This document shows, in pieces, positions 1 to 9,673 of a stretch of 64,000 bases of DNA; position 1 is the first letter of the stretch, and the number at the start of each line of letters is the position of its first letter. Both the position numbers and the translations under genes were made by a program. The notes under the pieces are model-generated. The model was not told where the DNA came from. It was given only the letters and a program-made list of their open reading frames with translations, and made no database searches. The DNA comes from an uncultured delta proteobacterium (GTDB lineage: Bacteria; Desulfobacterota; Binatia; Binatales; Binataceae), in the NCBI GenBank assembly GCA_963724765.1, contig CAVRVY010000001.1, forward strand, positions 864,001 through 928,000. The letters run 5' to 3'.

Positions 1-2095
1 CCGCGTAGGAGCGGTACTTGTCGATGATCGGCTTGAGCGCCGCGTACGAGCCCTGGACCCCGAGCGTAACGCGATGCGATTGCCCGGGCGCGAGCATCAG
101 GCCGTCCAGCATCAGGCCCGGAGTCGGAGAGCTGCGCAGCAAGGGGCCTCCTACCCAGTTGGGCGGCAGCAAGCCCGCCTGCTGGGCGGCGAGAGGAGAC
201 AAATCGGCGAGCCGGTGGCCGCCGGCGACGTAGCTGTAGGCCGCGGCGAGCAGAGTGTCGAAGCGGACGGCCGCGGCGCGCGCCTGGAGCATGACCGGAT
301 CCTCGCTGGGCCATTGCGATCGTATTTGCGCCGGGAGTTTGTAAAGCGTGACGCCGCCGACGTTTTGGGCCGGGACGTCGAGGCCGTCGAGAATTATCTT
401 CCACACCTCGCGGTCGCGCGGCGCGATCGGACCGCGATGCCAGATGCCCGGGCCCCAAGCATGGCTGACCTCGATTGCGTGGTCGCCCTCGCCGGCGAAG
501 ATCACCGCGTCCACGTTGTGGCTCTTGAGGAAAGCCCTGAACTGGCCGCCCGCATCGGGAATCGGCGCAACGTCGTACAGTGCGTCGACGATCGGCCAGC
601 GCTCGTACTCGGCGGGAATCGGCGGCGCAAATCCGGTGTACCCGCCCGCCATCCGGAAATGGAACGCGCAGAGCGCCTGCCACAGCATCCCGTCGCCCTC
701 GAACCCGTACGGCAGGATGACCACCGTTTCGCCCGGGTGGAGATACTGTCGATAGAGCCCGGCGGAAAAGAATTCGGGCGTCGCCATCGTCGTGGCCCAG
801 AACGAAGCGTCGAGGCTCGGCAGAAGCGAAAGCGCGATCAGCGTCCCCGCGAGCCATCTGGGAGCTGCGCGATTCGGCGCGCGGGGCGACCCGGTGCTCA
901 TCCACATCGCGCACAGAATCGCGATGGCGAGGAACATGTAGACCGTCAGCCGCGCCGGCATCGCCTTGGCGATGAGCGGCAAGGTTGAAACGAGCATCCA
1001 GGGCATCGGCACGATGAAACAGCCGCCCACCTGCATCCACGATCCCATCGCGAGCACGCCGATCGCCGCGGCAAACAGGATTAGCAGCCGCACCGCGGGC
1101 TCGTGCCACCTCCGCCATGCCATCGCGATTGCGACTACCAGCGTCAGGCCGAGATAGGCGTCGGTGTCGTAGATCCCGGCGCGGAAGTTCATTGAGATGG
1201 CGCGCATCGCGTCGAGGCGGCCAAGCGCGTTAGTGGGCACGGGCACCACAAAGTTGAGCAAATCGATCGAGCCGGTGTTGGTCGACCAGATCGTGCCATG
1301 GGGGAAACCGAAGGCGAAGAGATAGTAGAGATAAGGCGCAAGCAGAAACATCGCGAGCGCATAGCTGAGCGCGATCGGCGCGATGAGGGCGCGGACACGG
1401 CCGCGATCGCTCTCGCCGGTCACCAGCAGCGCGATCGCGATCGCAATCGCAGCGCTCATCGTCATCGTCGCGAAGGTCTCGATGAAGAGCAAAAATTGCG
1501 CGCACAGTACCAGCGCGAGCAGCATGATGAAGGTTCGCCGGCGGATGCTTGCGTCCAGCGCACGCAAGGTCAGGTACACCGCCAGCGGCAGCATCGGGAC
1601 CATCGCAAGATCGACGTCGCCGAGCAGCTTGCAAAGCAGGTACGGCGAAAAGCCGAAGACGAAACCGCCGAGCAACGCCGGCGCGAACTCGCGCACGATG
1701 TGCCGGCAAAGTATGAACGTGGCCCATCCAACCACCGCCGGGCAGAGCAGGCAGAGGATGTTGTAAGTGGCCACCGCACCCAGCGCGTGAGTGACCGGAA
1801 GCATCAACCACGCGGCGAGCGGGATGTTGGTCGTCCAGGCGAGATTGAAGCCGGCGGGCGCCCACACCGCGTGCGTGAAGAGCGGGTTGACGCGAGCAGC
1901 CAGCGCGTGCGCCCACCAGGCCAGGAACCAGATCGATTGCGGCGGGTCGGGACCGTTGCCGACGTAGAATGAAGACAGGCCGCCGCCTAGCGCGCGCCCG
2001 AAAAAGAGCACCGAGAACGCCAGGTAGATGAGCAATGCGGCGGCCCCGCCGCGCCATCCCGGCGTGCCCGCCGAGACTTCGCCGGATGCGCTCAT
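1..2095 (-). CDS. GT-C/YfhO-like polytopic membrane glycosyltransferase, paralog copy 1 (3' end beyond window)
   Basis: Not in the ORF track because the frame has no stop inside the window. Manual translation from ATG 2095 (ATGA overlap with the copy 2 stop) gives MSASGEVS...GNGPDPPQSIWFLAWWAHA...NPLFT..VWAPAGFNLAWTT...MLWQA..FRMAGGY...VTLGVQGSYAALKPIIDKYRSYA, the same motifs as the other copies. Confidence 0.8.
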   Translation of the reverse strand, partial: MSASGEVSAGTPGWRGGAAALLIYLAFSVLFFGRALGGGLSSFYVGNGPDPPQSIWFLAWWAHALAARVNPLFTHAVWAPAGFNLAWTTNIPLAAWLMLPVTHALGAVATYNILCLLCPAVVGWATFILCRHIVREFAPALLGGFVFGFSPYLLCKLLGDVDLAMVPMLPLAVYLTLRALDASIRRRTFIMLLALVLCAQFLLFIETFATMTMSAAIAIAIALLVTGESDRGRVRALIAPIALSYALAMFLLAPYLYYLFAFGFPHGTIWSTNTGSIDLLNFVVPVPTNALGRLDAMRAISMNFRAGIYDTDAYLGLTLVVAIAMAWRRWHEPAVRLLILFAAAIGVLAMGSWMQVGGCFIVPMPWMLVSTLPLIAKAMPARLTVYMFLAIAILCAMWMSTGSPRAPNRAAPRWLAGTLIALSLLPSLDASFWATTMATPEFFSAGLYRQYLHPGETVVILPYGFEGDGMLWQALCAFHFRMAGGYTGFAPPIPAEYERWPIVDALYDVAPIPDAGGQFRAFLKSHNVDAVIFAGEGDHAIEVSHAWGPGIWHRGPIAPRDREVWKIILDGLDVPAQNVGGVTLYKLPAQIRSQWPSEDPVMLQARAAAVRFDTLLAAAYSYVAGGHRLADLSPLAAQQAGLLPPNWVGGPLLRSSPTPGLMLDGLMLAPGQSHRVTLGVQGSYAALKPIIDKYRSYA

Positions 2096-4308
2096 TGCGC
2101 TGCCCCGTCGGCCGCCGCTGAAGAACTTTCGTTGCGCGCTCGTGCCGCTGCGCGCGCGAGGCCTTCAGCGTTGAAGGTCATCACGAGCCGTCCTCGAAGA
2201 TCGTCTTCCCCGCCGCGCGCCGGCTGGTCCAGGTCGCGGGGCACAAAGCCGATCGCATCGGCTCGATAATCGCTCAGCACCGCGCGCAACGCCGGATACC
2301 AGCCGGCCACGCCGACCTCGATACGGCCCTGCTCGTCGACGGCGAGCCACATGTCGTCGAGCTGATGCGGATCGTTCGCGTGGCGCGGCAGATTCAGCCC
2401 GCCTTGGTCCCACGGCGGCTCGGTCTTTTTCGGCACGACAATCCATCCGGACGGCATCAACCCCAGCTTGCGAACTTCGGCGGGAGTTAACGCGGCTAGT
2501 GGGCGTCCGTCGTGCAGGTAACTCTCGGCCGCGAGCACGAGCGCCGCGAAGCGCGCCTTGTCCAGGCGCGTTTCCATCGCGAGTGCGGTCGCGTTTTGCC
2601 AGGGAGCGAGTTCCGCTGGTGTCGTGCGATAGACCGTCATCCCGCCCGCCTCGATCGGCGCCGTGCCCAGCGTCGCCATCAGCGGACGCCATACCTCAGC
2701 TTCGCGATCGTCGACCAGGACAGCGGTGGCGCGATGGGTGGCGAGGAAAGCCTTGAGCTGATCGCCGGCGGCGGGAAGCGCGACCGTGCCGACGCGATAG
2801 AAGACCCGCACTATCGGCCATTGACGAAACTCAAGCGGCGGGTTGCCCGCATAGCCCCCCGCCATTCTGAAATACCAGTCGCTTTGAAGTTGCCACATCA
2901 TGCTGTTGCCATTGATGCCGTAAGGCAGCACCACAACCGTCTCTGCGGGCGAGAGATATTTCGCGTAAAGTGCTTCGCGGAAAAAGTTCCGTACGTCGAT
3001 CGCGGACGTCCAGAAGCTCGCGGACAGATTTGGCAGCATCGATGCCACCACTACAAGCGCCGCCACCACGCGGACCCATCGCGATGTGGCGCCACTGTTA
3101 AGCCATAGGGCTGTGATGATGGCTAGCGCGAGGAAGGCGTACAGCATCAGGCGCACCGGCAGCGCCTTGCCGATAAGCGGCAGTGCGCTGACCGCGAGGC
3201 CCGGGAGCGGAATAATCGGCCGCCCGCCGACGACCAGGAACGGTCCGAGCGAGAGCACGACGGCGACGATCAGCACCAGCACGAGCGAGCGGGCCCATCC
3301 TTCGTTCCAGTGACGGCGCGCGAACATTGCGGCGACCAGCATCAGCGGAATGCCGATATAGCCGCCGGCCTCGAAGATAAAGCCGAGAAAGTGCTGCGCG
3401 ATCGCGTGCAGTGGGGCTGCGCGGCCAAGCTCCATCGTGGAGGTCGGGATCACCAGGTTGAGCAGATCGCTCGAGTAGAGCAGCGGGGGATGCTGCGTGC
3501 CGGGTTCATAGCCCAGAGCGACCATGAAGTAGAAGAGCGGGCTCAAAGACACCAATGCGATCACATAGCTGAGCGCGACGGTCGGCAGAAGATTCACCGC
3601 TCGCGTTTTCTCGGCGCTCGAACCGGCCACCAGCACCACGATGAACGCGATGCCCGTGAACAGGGTCATCGTCGCGAACAGCTCGATGAACATCAAAAAC
3701 TGTGCGACCAGCACGAGCGCCAGCCCGGCGACCAGCGCCCGCCACGCGATATCCGCCCGGAAACCCCGAATCAGCAATAACGTGAACAATGGGATTGGAA
3801 AGATCAGCAGCAGATCGAGGTGAGCAAGGGTCTGGCCGAGCATGTAGGCGGAAAAGCCGAGGATGTAGCCGCCAACCAGCGACGCGCAATACGCGCCGGT
3901 CAGGTAGCGGCACAGAACGAACGCGGTCCAGGCGGCCAGTGCGATCGCGAGCAGGCAGAGCAGGTTGTAGATCGCAATCGGTCCCGTGATAGTGGCCGGC
4001 GCGGCCGCGATCAGGCTCGCCAGCGGCATCGAAGTGGCCCAGGCGAGATTGAGACCGTGCGGAGCCCAAATCGCGTCGGTGAAAAGCGGATTGAGACCAT
4101 GCGACAGGGCATGCGGCCACCACGCCATCAGCCACATCAACTGAGGTGGATCGACGCCCTTGCCGATATAGGCAGTCGAGAAGCGCCCGTCCAGGCCGCG
4201 GGCGAAAAAGAGCGCGGCCAGCACGAAATAGAAGGCAAGTGCGCAGAGACCTCGAAGGTCGAACGCCGAGCGCGGTCGCCGAATCCTTTCTGCCATCGAT
4301 GCCACCAT
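2092..4308 (-). CDS. GT-C/YfhO-like membrane glycosyltransferase, paralog copy 2
   Basis: C-terminal ~740 aa of ORF 2092..4809; likely start ATG 4308 or 4296. Many TM helices; GKGVDPPQLMWLMAWWPHA, NPLFT..WAP.GLNLAWAT, WQ..SDWYFRMAGGY. Confidence 0.8.
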   Translation of the reverse strand: MVASMAERIRRPRSAFDLRGLCALAFYFVLAALFFARGLDGRFSTAYIGKGVDPPQLMWLMAWWPHALSHGLNPLFTDAIWAPHGLNLAWATSMPLASLIAAAPATITGPIAIYNLLCLLAIALAAWTAFVLCRYLTGAYCASLVGGYILGFSAYMLGQTLAHLDLLLIFPIPLFTLLLIRGFRADIAWRALVAGLALVLVAQFLMFIELFATMTLFTGIAFIVVLVAGSSAEKTRAVNLLPTVALSYVIALVSLSPLFYFMVALGYEPGTQHPPLLYSSDLLNLVIPTSTMELGRAAPLHAIAQHFLGFIFEAGGYIGIPLMLVAAMFARRHWNEGWARSLVLVLIVAVVLSLGPFLVVGGRPIIPLPGLAVSALPLIGKALPVRLMLYAFLALAIITALWLNSGATSRWVRVVAALVVVASMLPNLSASFWTSAIDVRNFFREALYAKYLSPAETVVVLPYGINGNSMMWQLQSDWYFRMAGGYAGNPPLEFRQWPIVRVFYRVGTVALPAAGDQLKAFLATHRATAVLVDDREAEVWRPLMATLGTAPIEAGGMTVYRTTPAELAPWQNATALAMETRLDKARFAALVLAAESYLHDGRPLAALTPAEVRKLGLMPSGWIVVPKKTEPPWDQGGLNLPRHANDPHQLDDMWLAVDEQGRIEVGVAGWYPALRAVLSDYRADAIGFVPRDLDQPARGGEDDLRGRLVMTFNAEGLARAAARARNESSSAAADGAAQ

Positions 4309-4325
4309 GAGCGCGCGTGGGCGGA

Positions 4326-6575
4326 TCAGCGCGGCGCGCTCGACTGGGTCCGCCCGCCGTAGGTGGCATCCGGCGCGGAGCCGGTACTTGCGAGGGCGCG
4401 CGCCTGGCGAGCGGCGCTGGCGAGCCCGCTGCGGTCGAACGTCATCACCATCAGTTCCAGTTCTTGTTCGCCACCAGGATTTTCGGCGGTCACGATCGGT
4501 GTTGCGCGGATTTTCAGCGCGTCGTCCCGATACGTCGCGCTCAAGGCGGAGAGCGCACCGCGCGAGCCGAAAGTCCCGACGTCGATTGTGCCGCCGCGAT
4601 GGCTTTGCGCCCAGAGCCCGTTGGAGATGCGGATGCTGGGACCGCCCAGCCAGTCGTCGCGAATAAAGCCTGCCTGCTCGAGGCGCTTTGGGCTGAGTTG
4701 AGCCAAATCGGCGCCGCTCTGAACGTATTGATCGACGGCGTCGAGCAGCGCGCCGAATCGTGCCAGGTCGACACGGCGTTCGAGGTCGAGCGGCTTCAGA
4801 TCGCGCCAAGGGGCGAGCGCGGCGGGCGTAAAGCGATAGATGAGAACTCCGCCAGCCATAGCCGGCGCGGGACCCAGCGCGGCCAGCACGGTGCGGTACT
4901 GCTGGCGCTGCTGCGGGTCCGGACTATCCTTGATGGAGGCGTCGAGCAGCGCGGCGGTCACCTGATGAGCCGCCAGAAACGCCTTGACCTGCAATTCCGG
5001 ATCGGGGAGATAACTGCCGTTGAATAGCGCGACCATCGCGGGCCAGCGCTCGAACTCCGCCGGCGGCGGCCCGGTCCATGCGCCGGCCATGCGAAAGTAC
5101 ATGTCGCTCTGCGCCTGCCACATCAGGCTGTTGCCCCGCCATCCGTAGGGCACCGGCAGTACGATTTCAGTGGGCTGCAGATAATCGCGGTACGCGCCAC
5201 TTAAAAAAAACGGTGGCGTATCAACCGGCGTGTCCCAGAATGTTGAGGACAGACGCGGCATCGCGAACAACACTGCGGCGAGCGCGACGGTATACTTGAC
5301 CGCGATGGAGGCGCTACTCGAGGCGAGCCACATCGCGACGATTAGCCCAGCGAGAAATGCAACATAGAGCGTGAAGCGAACGGGCATCGCGTTGCCGATA
5401 AGCGGCAGCACGCCGAGTAGCGCTCCTGGCATTAGCATAAGTCGGCGACCGCCGACGCTAAGCCATGGACCACAGGAAAGGATGGTGGTGATCAGCATCA
5501 TCCACAGCAGGAGCCGGGTACGCGCCTCGCGCCAACGCCGCCACGTGAAGACGGCGATGATCGCGAGCAGCACCGGGCCGAGGTAACAGAAGCCGACGTA
5601 GGTTACGGTGCTTGGCACCCGCTCGAACGCTTGCGCCACCACGCCAAGGCGGGCGAGTTCGCCCGTCCACGAGGGCAGTACGAGGAAGAGCAGATCGGCG
5701 CTGAATAGGAACGGCTGCCACATCGGGGCCTTGGGCGCCGCCGTGGAGAAGAAGAAATAGAGGTAGGGCGAGACCACGGCCAGCGCGATGACGTAGCTGA
5801 TGACAATCGGCATGATCAATGCGCGCAGGCGCCGGCGCCGGCGCGTATCGCTTTCGAACAGGATGAATGCAAGCGCGAATGCAATCCCGCTGACGATCGT
5901 GGCCATCGCAAAGACTTCCAGCGAGATCAGAAATTCTATGACCAGCATGGATGCCAGCGCTCCGACGAAGCCTTGCGGCCCTATCTCATCGTTGAACGCG
6001 CGCAGCACGAACCACAGTGACAGGACGATCGGGAAAACCAGCAGAAGCTGCGGGTCACCTTCCCACAGCCAGTGGATCATGTAGCCCGAGAAACCGAACA
6101 AGTATCCGCCAATCAGCGATGCCCACCACGATCCAGTGACATAGCGGTAGAGCACAAACGTGCTCCAGGCGCTGAGCGGAAGCGCGAGCAGGAATACCAC
6201 GTTCAGGGAGGCGACCGGCCCCAGCGCACGGGTGATCGGCGCCAGTATCAGGCCGATCAGCGGCATCCAGGTCGTCCACGCCATATTGAACGTCGCCGGC
6301 GCCCATAACAGATTCGTATGGAAAGGATTTATGCGATGCGCGACCGCATGCGCCAGCCACTGCAAAAACCACGCGATCAGTGCGGGATCGCCCACGGCCT
6401 TGCCCACGTGCCGAGTGGTGAAGTGTCCGACGAGGCCGCGTCCGAAGAACAGCATCGACAACGCGAGGTAGACGCCGAGCGCGCCCAGTCCGTAGCGATC
6501 GCGAGCCGACGCCCGTTTTATCGCAGCCGCCGGCGGATGACAGTCGCGGGCGGGCGCGTCAAGCGATGCGCTCAT
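4326..6575 (-). CDS. GT-C/YfhO-like membrane glycosyltransferase, paralog copy 3
   Basis: 749 aa; GDPALIAWFLQWLAHA, NPFHT..WAP.TFNMAWTT, MWQAQSDMYFRMAGAW. Start overlaps the methyltransferase stop (TGATG). Confidence 0.8.
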   Translation of the reverse strand: MSASLDAPARDCHPPAAAIKRASARDRYGLGALGVYLALSMLFFGRGLVGHFTTRHVGKAVGDPALIAWFLQWLAHAVAHRINPFHTNLLWAPATFNMAWTTWMPLIGLILAPITRALGPVASLNVVFLLALPLSAWSTFVLYRYVTGSWWASLIGGYLFGFSGYMIHWLWEGDPQLLLVFPIVLSLWFVLRAFNDEIGPQGFVGALASMLVIEFLISLEVFAMATIVSGIAFALAFILFESDTRRRRRLRALIMPIVISYVIALAVVSPYLYFFFSTAAPKAPMWQPFLFSADLLFLVLPSWTGELARLGVVAQAFERVPSTVTYVGFCYLGPVLLAIIAVFTWRRWREARTRLLLWMMLITTILSCGPWLSVGGRRLMLMPGALLGVLPLIGNAMPVRFTLYVAFLAGLIVAMWLASSSASIAVKYTVALAAVLFAMPRLSSTFWDTPVDTPPFFLSGAYRDYLQPTEIVLPVPYGWRGNSLMWQAQSDMYFRMAGAWTGPPPAEFERWPAMVALFNGSYLPDPELQVKAFLAAHQVTAALLDASIKDSPDPQQRQQYRTVLAALGPAPAMAGGVLIYRFTPAALAPWRDLKPLDLERRVDLARFGALLDAVDQYVQSGADLAQLSPKRLEQAGFIRDDWLGGPSIRISNGLWAQSHRGGTIDVGTFGSRGALSALSATYRDDALKIRATPIVTAENPGGEQELELMVMTFDRSGLASAARQARALASTGSAPDATYGGRTQSSAPR

Positions 6576-7243
6576 CAGGCGGCCTTCTCGAGCAGCCAGT
6601 TGAAATACAGCGGCAGACCGGGAACCAGGCGCAGCCGCGCATGCCGCGTAACCCGCAAGCCATTGCGATTGAAGGCGTTGGCCACGGCCCGCGGCGTGGT
6701 CACATGGTGGTGGTCGATACTCTTAAAGCCGATCGCGCGAAAGCCCAACTCCATCATCGTGTTTACCGCCGGCATGCCGAGAAGAAAACGGCCACCCGGC
6801 CTGAGCACACGCGCGACCTCGCTCAGTCCCTGCTCGTACTGAAGTAGATGCTCGAAGACAGAGAAGCTGAGCGCCAGGTCGAACTCCGCGTTTTCGTAGG
6901 GCAGTTTATATACACTGCCCCGGATGAGCGTGGCGGTGCGCCCGTGGCTGCCGAGCCACGCGTGCACGGGGGCCGGGTCGGCGTCGAGATCGATGCCGTG
7001 CAGTTCGTCGACGCTGGCGGCGATCGCGAGCAGCACCGCGCCTGCGCCATATCCGATCTCGAGCGCCCGGGCGTAGCGGCGATCGGCGATCATCCGCAGT
7101 CCGAGATTGATCCGTTCGCGAAAGAATCGCCCGATGAGCGGCCGTCTGTAGTAGGCGATCGGATCGGTCGGGCCATTGGGGACGAGGCCCTCCAACAGGC
7201 TCGGAGTCAGTTGTAAATCAGCTTGAGGGCGGTCGTGTGTCAC
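6575..7243 (-). CDS. Class I SAM-dependent methyltransferase (Methyltransf_11-like)
   Basis: LEIGYGAG motif I, GIDLD, LPYENAEFDLALSFSVFEHL, EVARVLRPGG. Likely start GTG 7243; the ORF-track extension overlaps copy 4. Confidence 0.85.
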   Translation of the reverse strand: MTHDRPQADLQLTPSLLEGLVPNGPTDPIAYYRRPLIGRFFRERINLGLRMIADRRYARALEIGYGAGAVLLAIAASVDELHGIDLDADPAPVHAWLGSHGRTATLIRGSVYKLPYENAEFDLALSFSVFEHLLQYEQGLSEVARVLRPGGRFLLGMPAVNTMMELGFRAIGFKSIDHHHVTTPRAVANAFNRNGLRVTRHARLRLVPGLPLYFNWLLEKAA

Positions 7244-7259
7244 GAAGCGATACTCGCTT

Positions 7260-9572
7260 TCATCGGATCTCCTGAGGGTTTGACGGCGTGACGCCTGAAG
7301 CGAGCGCCTCAGACGGCGCCACCGCTGATTCGTGCGGCCCTTCCTCGCCAGTGGCGGCCACTTCGGCCGCGCGAGCAAGCCCCCTGCGGTCGAATTCCAT
7401 AACCATCATTGCCGCGTCGTTGGTCGAGTTCGCGGCCGGCGGCGTCAGGCGCGAGGGGTAGGGGAAATAGATCGTTGAGGCCTGGGCGCTGTAGCGATCG
7501 ATTGTCGATTTCAGCGCCGCGTAGCTGCCCTCGATTCCGACCTCGATAGTGCTGCTCTTCGACACACTGAGAATCGATTCAACATGGAAAATCGGATTAC
7601 CGACGTGGTCGTGGCTGGGAAAGGGCTCGCCGCCGAACCAGTCGAGCGGCACCAGTCCAAGTGCTTGAACCGCTTGGGGTGTCAGCTTTGCCGGATCGCG
7701 GCCTTGAGCAAGATATCGCTGTGCCGCGAGCACTAGCGTTTCGAAGCGCGCGCGTGCGGCGCGCTGCTGCATCTCGAGAGCGGTCAATCGGCGGTACGGA
7801 GCGAGCGTTTGCGGCGCGATCCGGTACAAGGTGATGCCGCCCACCTCGAGCGATGGCGTATCCAGCGAGGCGAGCAGCTTGTCCGTCGCGATATGCTCCC
7901 GGTCAATCGTCGGCCATCGCAGCCACGTCGCGGCAGTGCGCAGACTGCCCAGGCGCAGAACGAGATATTGAGTGCGTGGTCCGACGATTACCGCACTGAC
8001 GTTATGGTTGGCCAGGTAAGCCTTCAACTGATCTCCCGCATCGGGCACGCCGGCGATGCTGTAAAGTCCGGACATAATCGGCCAGCCGCTATCCTCTTCG
8101 GGCATCGGCGGTGCGAGCCCTACGTACCCGCCCGCCATCCGAAAATACATGTCGGTGGTCGCCTGCCACAGCATCCCTTCGCCGAACAATCCAAAAGGCA
8201 GCACCAGCACGGTCTCGCCGGGCGCGACGTATTGGCGATAGACACCACTGCCGAAAAACGCGGGGATTTCGGCCGGCGTGGTCCAGAACGAAGGCGACAA
8301 GTTTGGCAGCATGAACGGGATGATCGCCAAGCCGAGCGTCCAGCGCCAGGCATTACGTCTGTCGTCGCTGTTCTTTCGATCTGAGGCGAGCCACATCGCG
8401 ACGATCACCGCCATAGTCAGGTAGGCGTATATCATGAAGCGCGAGGGCAGCGCTTTGTCGAGAAGCGGTAACACGGTCAGCGCCGCGGCCGGAAGCGGCA
8501 GAAGGCGGTAGCCTGCGATTTCGAGCAAAGGCCCCAAAGCGAGAACGCAGGCGATCGCAAGCATAGAAATCATGAATCTGCCGGTACGATCATGCCATCG
8601 CTCTCGCGCGAACAGCGCGATTATCACAAGCAGCGGCAGGCCCATATATCCGCTGGACTCGGAAAGTTCGGCGAGGAATCGGCGCGCGATTGTACCGCTT
8701 ACCGCAAGGCTGCCGAGCTCATTCGAACTGGTCGGGACAAGGAAGTTGGCCAGGTCAATGGAAATGCGCCAAGGCGAAAAAATCACTCCGTGCGGCGTTC
8801 CAAATGCGAACATGTAGTAGAGATAGGGCAACAGGACCACTGTACTTATGGCGTAGGCCACGATGATCGACGACGCCACCGAACGAAGACGCGTCCACTC
8901 CTCGGCAGACGCGGACCGGGCGGCCAATGCGAAAGCGATCGCGCCGACGAACGCGGCGGTGGCGAACACTTCGGGCGACATCAGGAACTGCGCAAGCAGC
9001 AGCGCCACCACAATGGCCACGAAGCTCCGCGTCTTGAGCTCGCCCGCGAGACGGCGCAACGTCGCCCAGACCGCCAGCGGGAGCGGAAAAACCAGCAGTA
9101 GGAAGACGCTGCCCAGCATTCCGGTCAGCATCGATGGCGAGAAGGCGAAGAGCCACCCGCCGAGCCAGGCCGGCCAGAAGCGATGAACGATGTAGCGGCA
9201 GAGCACGAACGCCGACCATCCTGTGAGCGCCGGCGTGATCAGATGCAGGAGGTTGCAGGCGACGATCGGTCCCCACAGCCGCGTAATCGGATAGAGCGCG
9301 CAACTGGCCAGCGGAAAATCGGTGGTCCACGCAAGGTTGACGCCCGAGGGCGCCCATACCAGCGCGGTAAGAAATGGGTTGAGGCGATGCGAGACGGCGT
9401 GAGCCCACCAAGCCAGGAACCAGATGTATTGTTGCACGTCGGGCCCGCGGCCAACGTATGCGGACGCCGGATGAGCGAAGACTCCGCGCCCGAAGAACAG
9501 GACCGACAGCGCCAGATAAGATAGGAACGCAGCCCCTCCTCGGCGGTCGAAAAGTTGAGCCGCGGGTCTCAT
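7260..9572 (-). CDS. GT-C/YfhO-like membrane glycosyltransferase, paralog copy 4
   Basis: 770 aa intact; GRGPDVQQYIWFLAWWAHA, WAPSGVNLAWTTDFP, MLWQATTDMYFRMAGGY. Confidence 0.8.
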   Translation of the reverse strand: MRPAAQLFDRRGGAAFLSYLALSVLFFGRGVFAHPASAYVGRGPDVQQYIWFLAWWAHAVSHRLNPFLTALVWAPSGVNLAWTTDFPLASCALYPITRLWGPIVACNLLHLITPALTGWSAFVLCRYIVHRFWPAWLGGWLFAFSPSMLTGMLGSVFLLLVFPLPLAVWATLRRLAGELKTRSFVAIVVALLLAQFLMSPEVFATAAFVGAIAFALAARSASAEEWTRLRSVASSIIVAYAISTVVLLPYLYYMFAFGTPHGVIFSPWRISIDLANFLVPTSSNELGSLAVSGTIARRFLAELSESSGYMGLPLLVIIALFARERWHDRTGRFMISMLAIACVLALGPLLEIAGYRLLPLPAAALTVLPLLDKALPSRFMIYAYLTMAVIVAMWLASDRKNSDDRRNAWRWTLGLAIIPFMLPNLSPSFWTTPAEIPAFFGSGVYRQYVAPGETVLVLPFGLFGEGMLWQATTDMYFRMAGGYVGLAPPMPEEDSGWPIMSGLYSIAGVPDAGDQLKAYLANHNVSAVIVGPRTQYLVLRLGSLRTAATWLRWPTIDREHIATDKLLASLDTPSLEVGGITLYRIAPQTLAPYRRLTALEMQQRAARARFETLVLAAQRYLAQGRDPAKLTPQAVQALGLVPLDWFGGEPFPSHDHVGNPIFHVESILSVSKSSTIEVGIEGSYAALKSTIDRYSAQASTIYFPYPSRLTPPAANSTNDAAMMVMEFDRRGLARAAEVAATGEEGPHESAVAPSEALASGVTPSNPQEIR

Positions 9573-9673
9573 GTTAGATAAGTCGATGCGCTGAGTCGGC
9601 CATGCCGCTGGCTAGCGACGCTCCTGCCAGCATATCGTCTCCGGCCCCCTCCTCCGTCATCGGACAGCCCCAC

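Noticed and set aside
74-2057. ORFs 74..988 (+), 1298..1972 (+) and 1230..2057 (-)
   Set aside because: Antisense or off-frame shadows of paralog copy 1, typical of high-GC DNA.
4309-4809. N-terminal 166-aa extension of ORF 2092..4809
   Set aside because: Arg-rich, overlaps copy 3 in another frame; paralog homology starts only near 4308.
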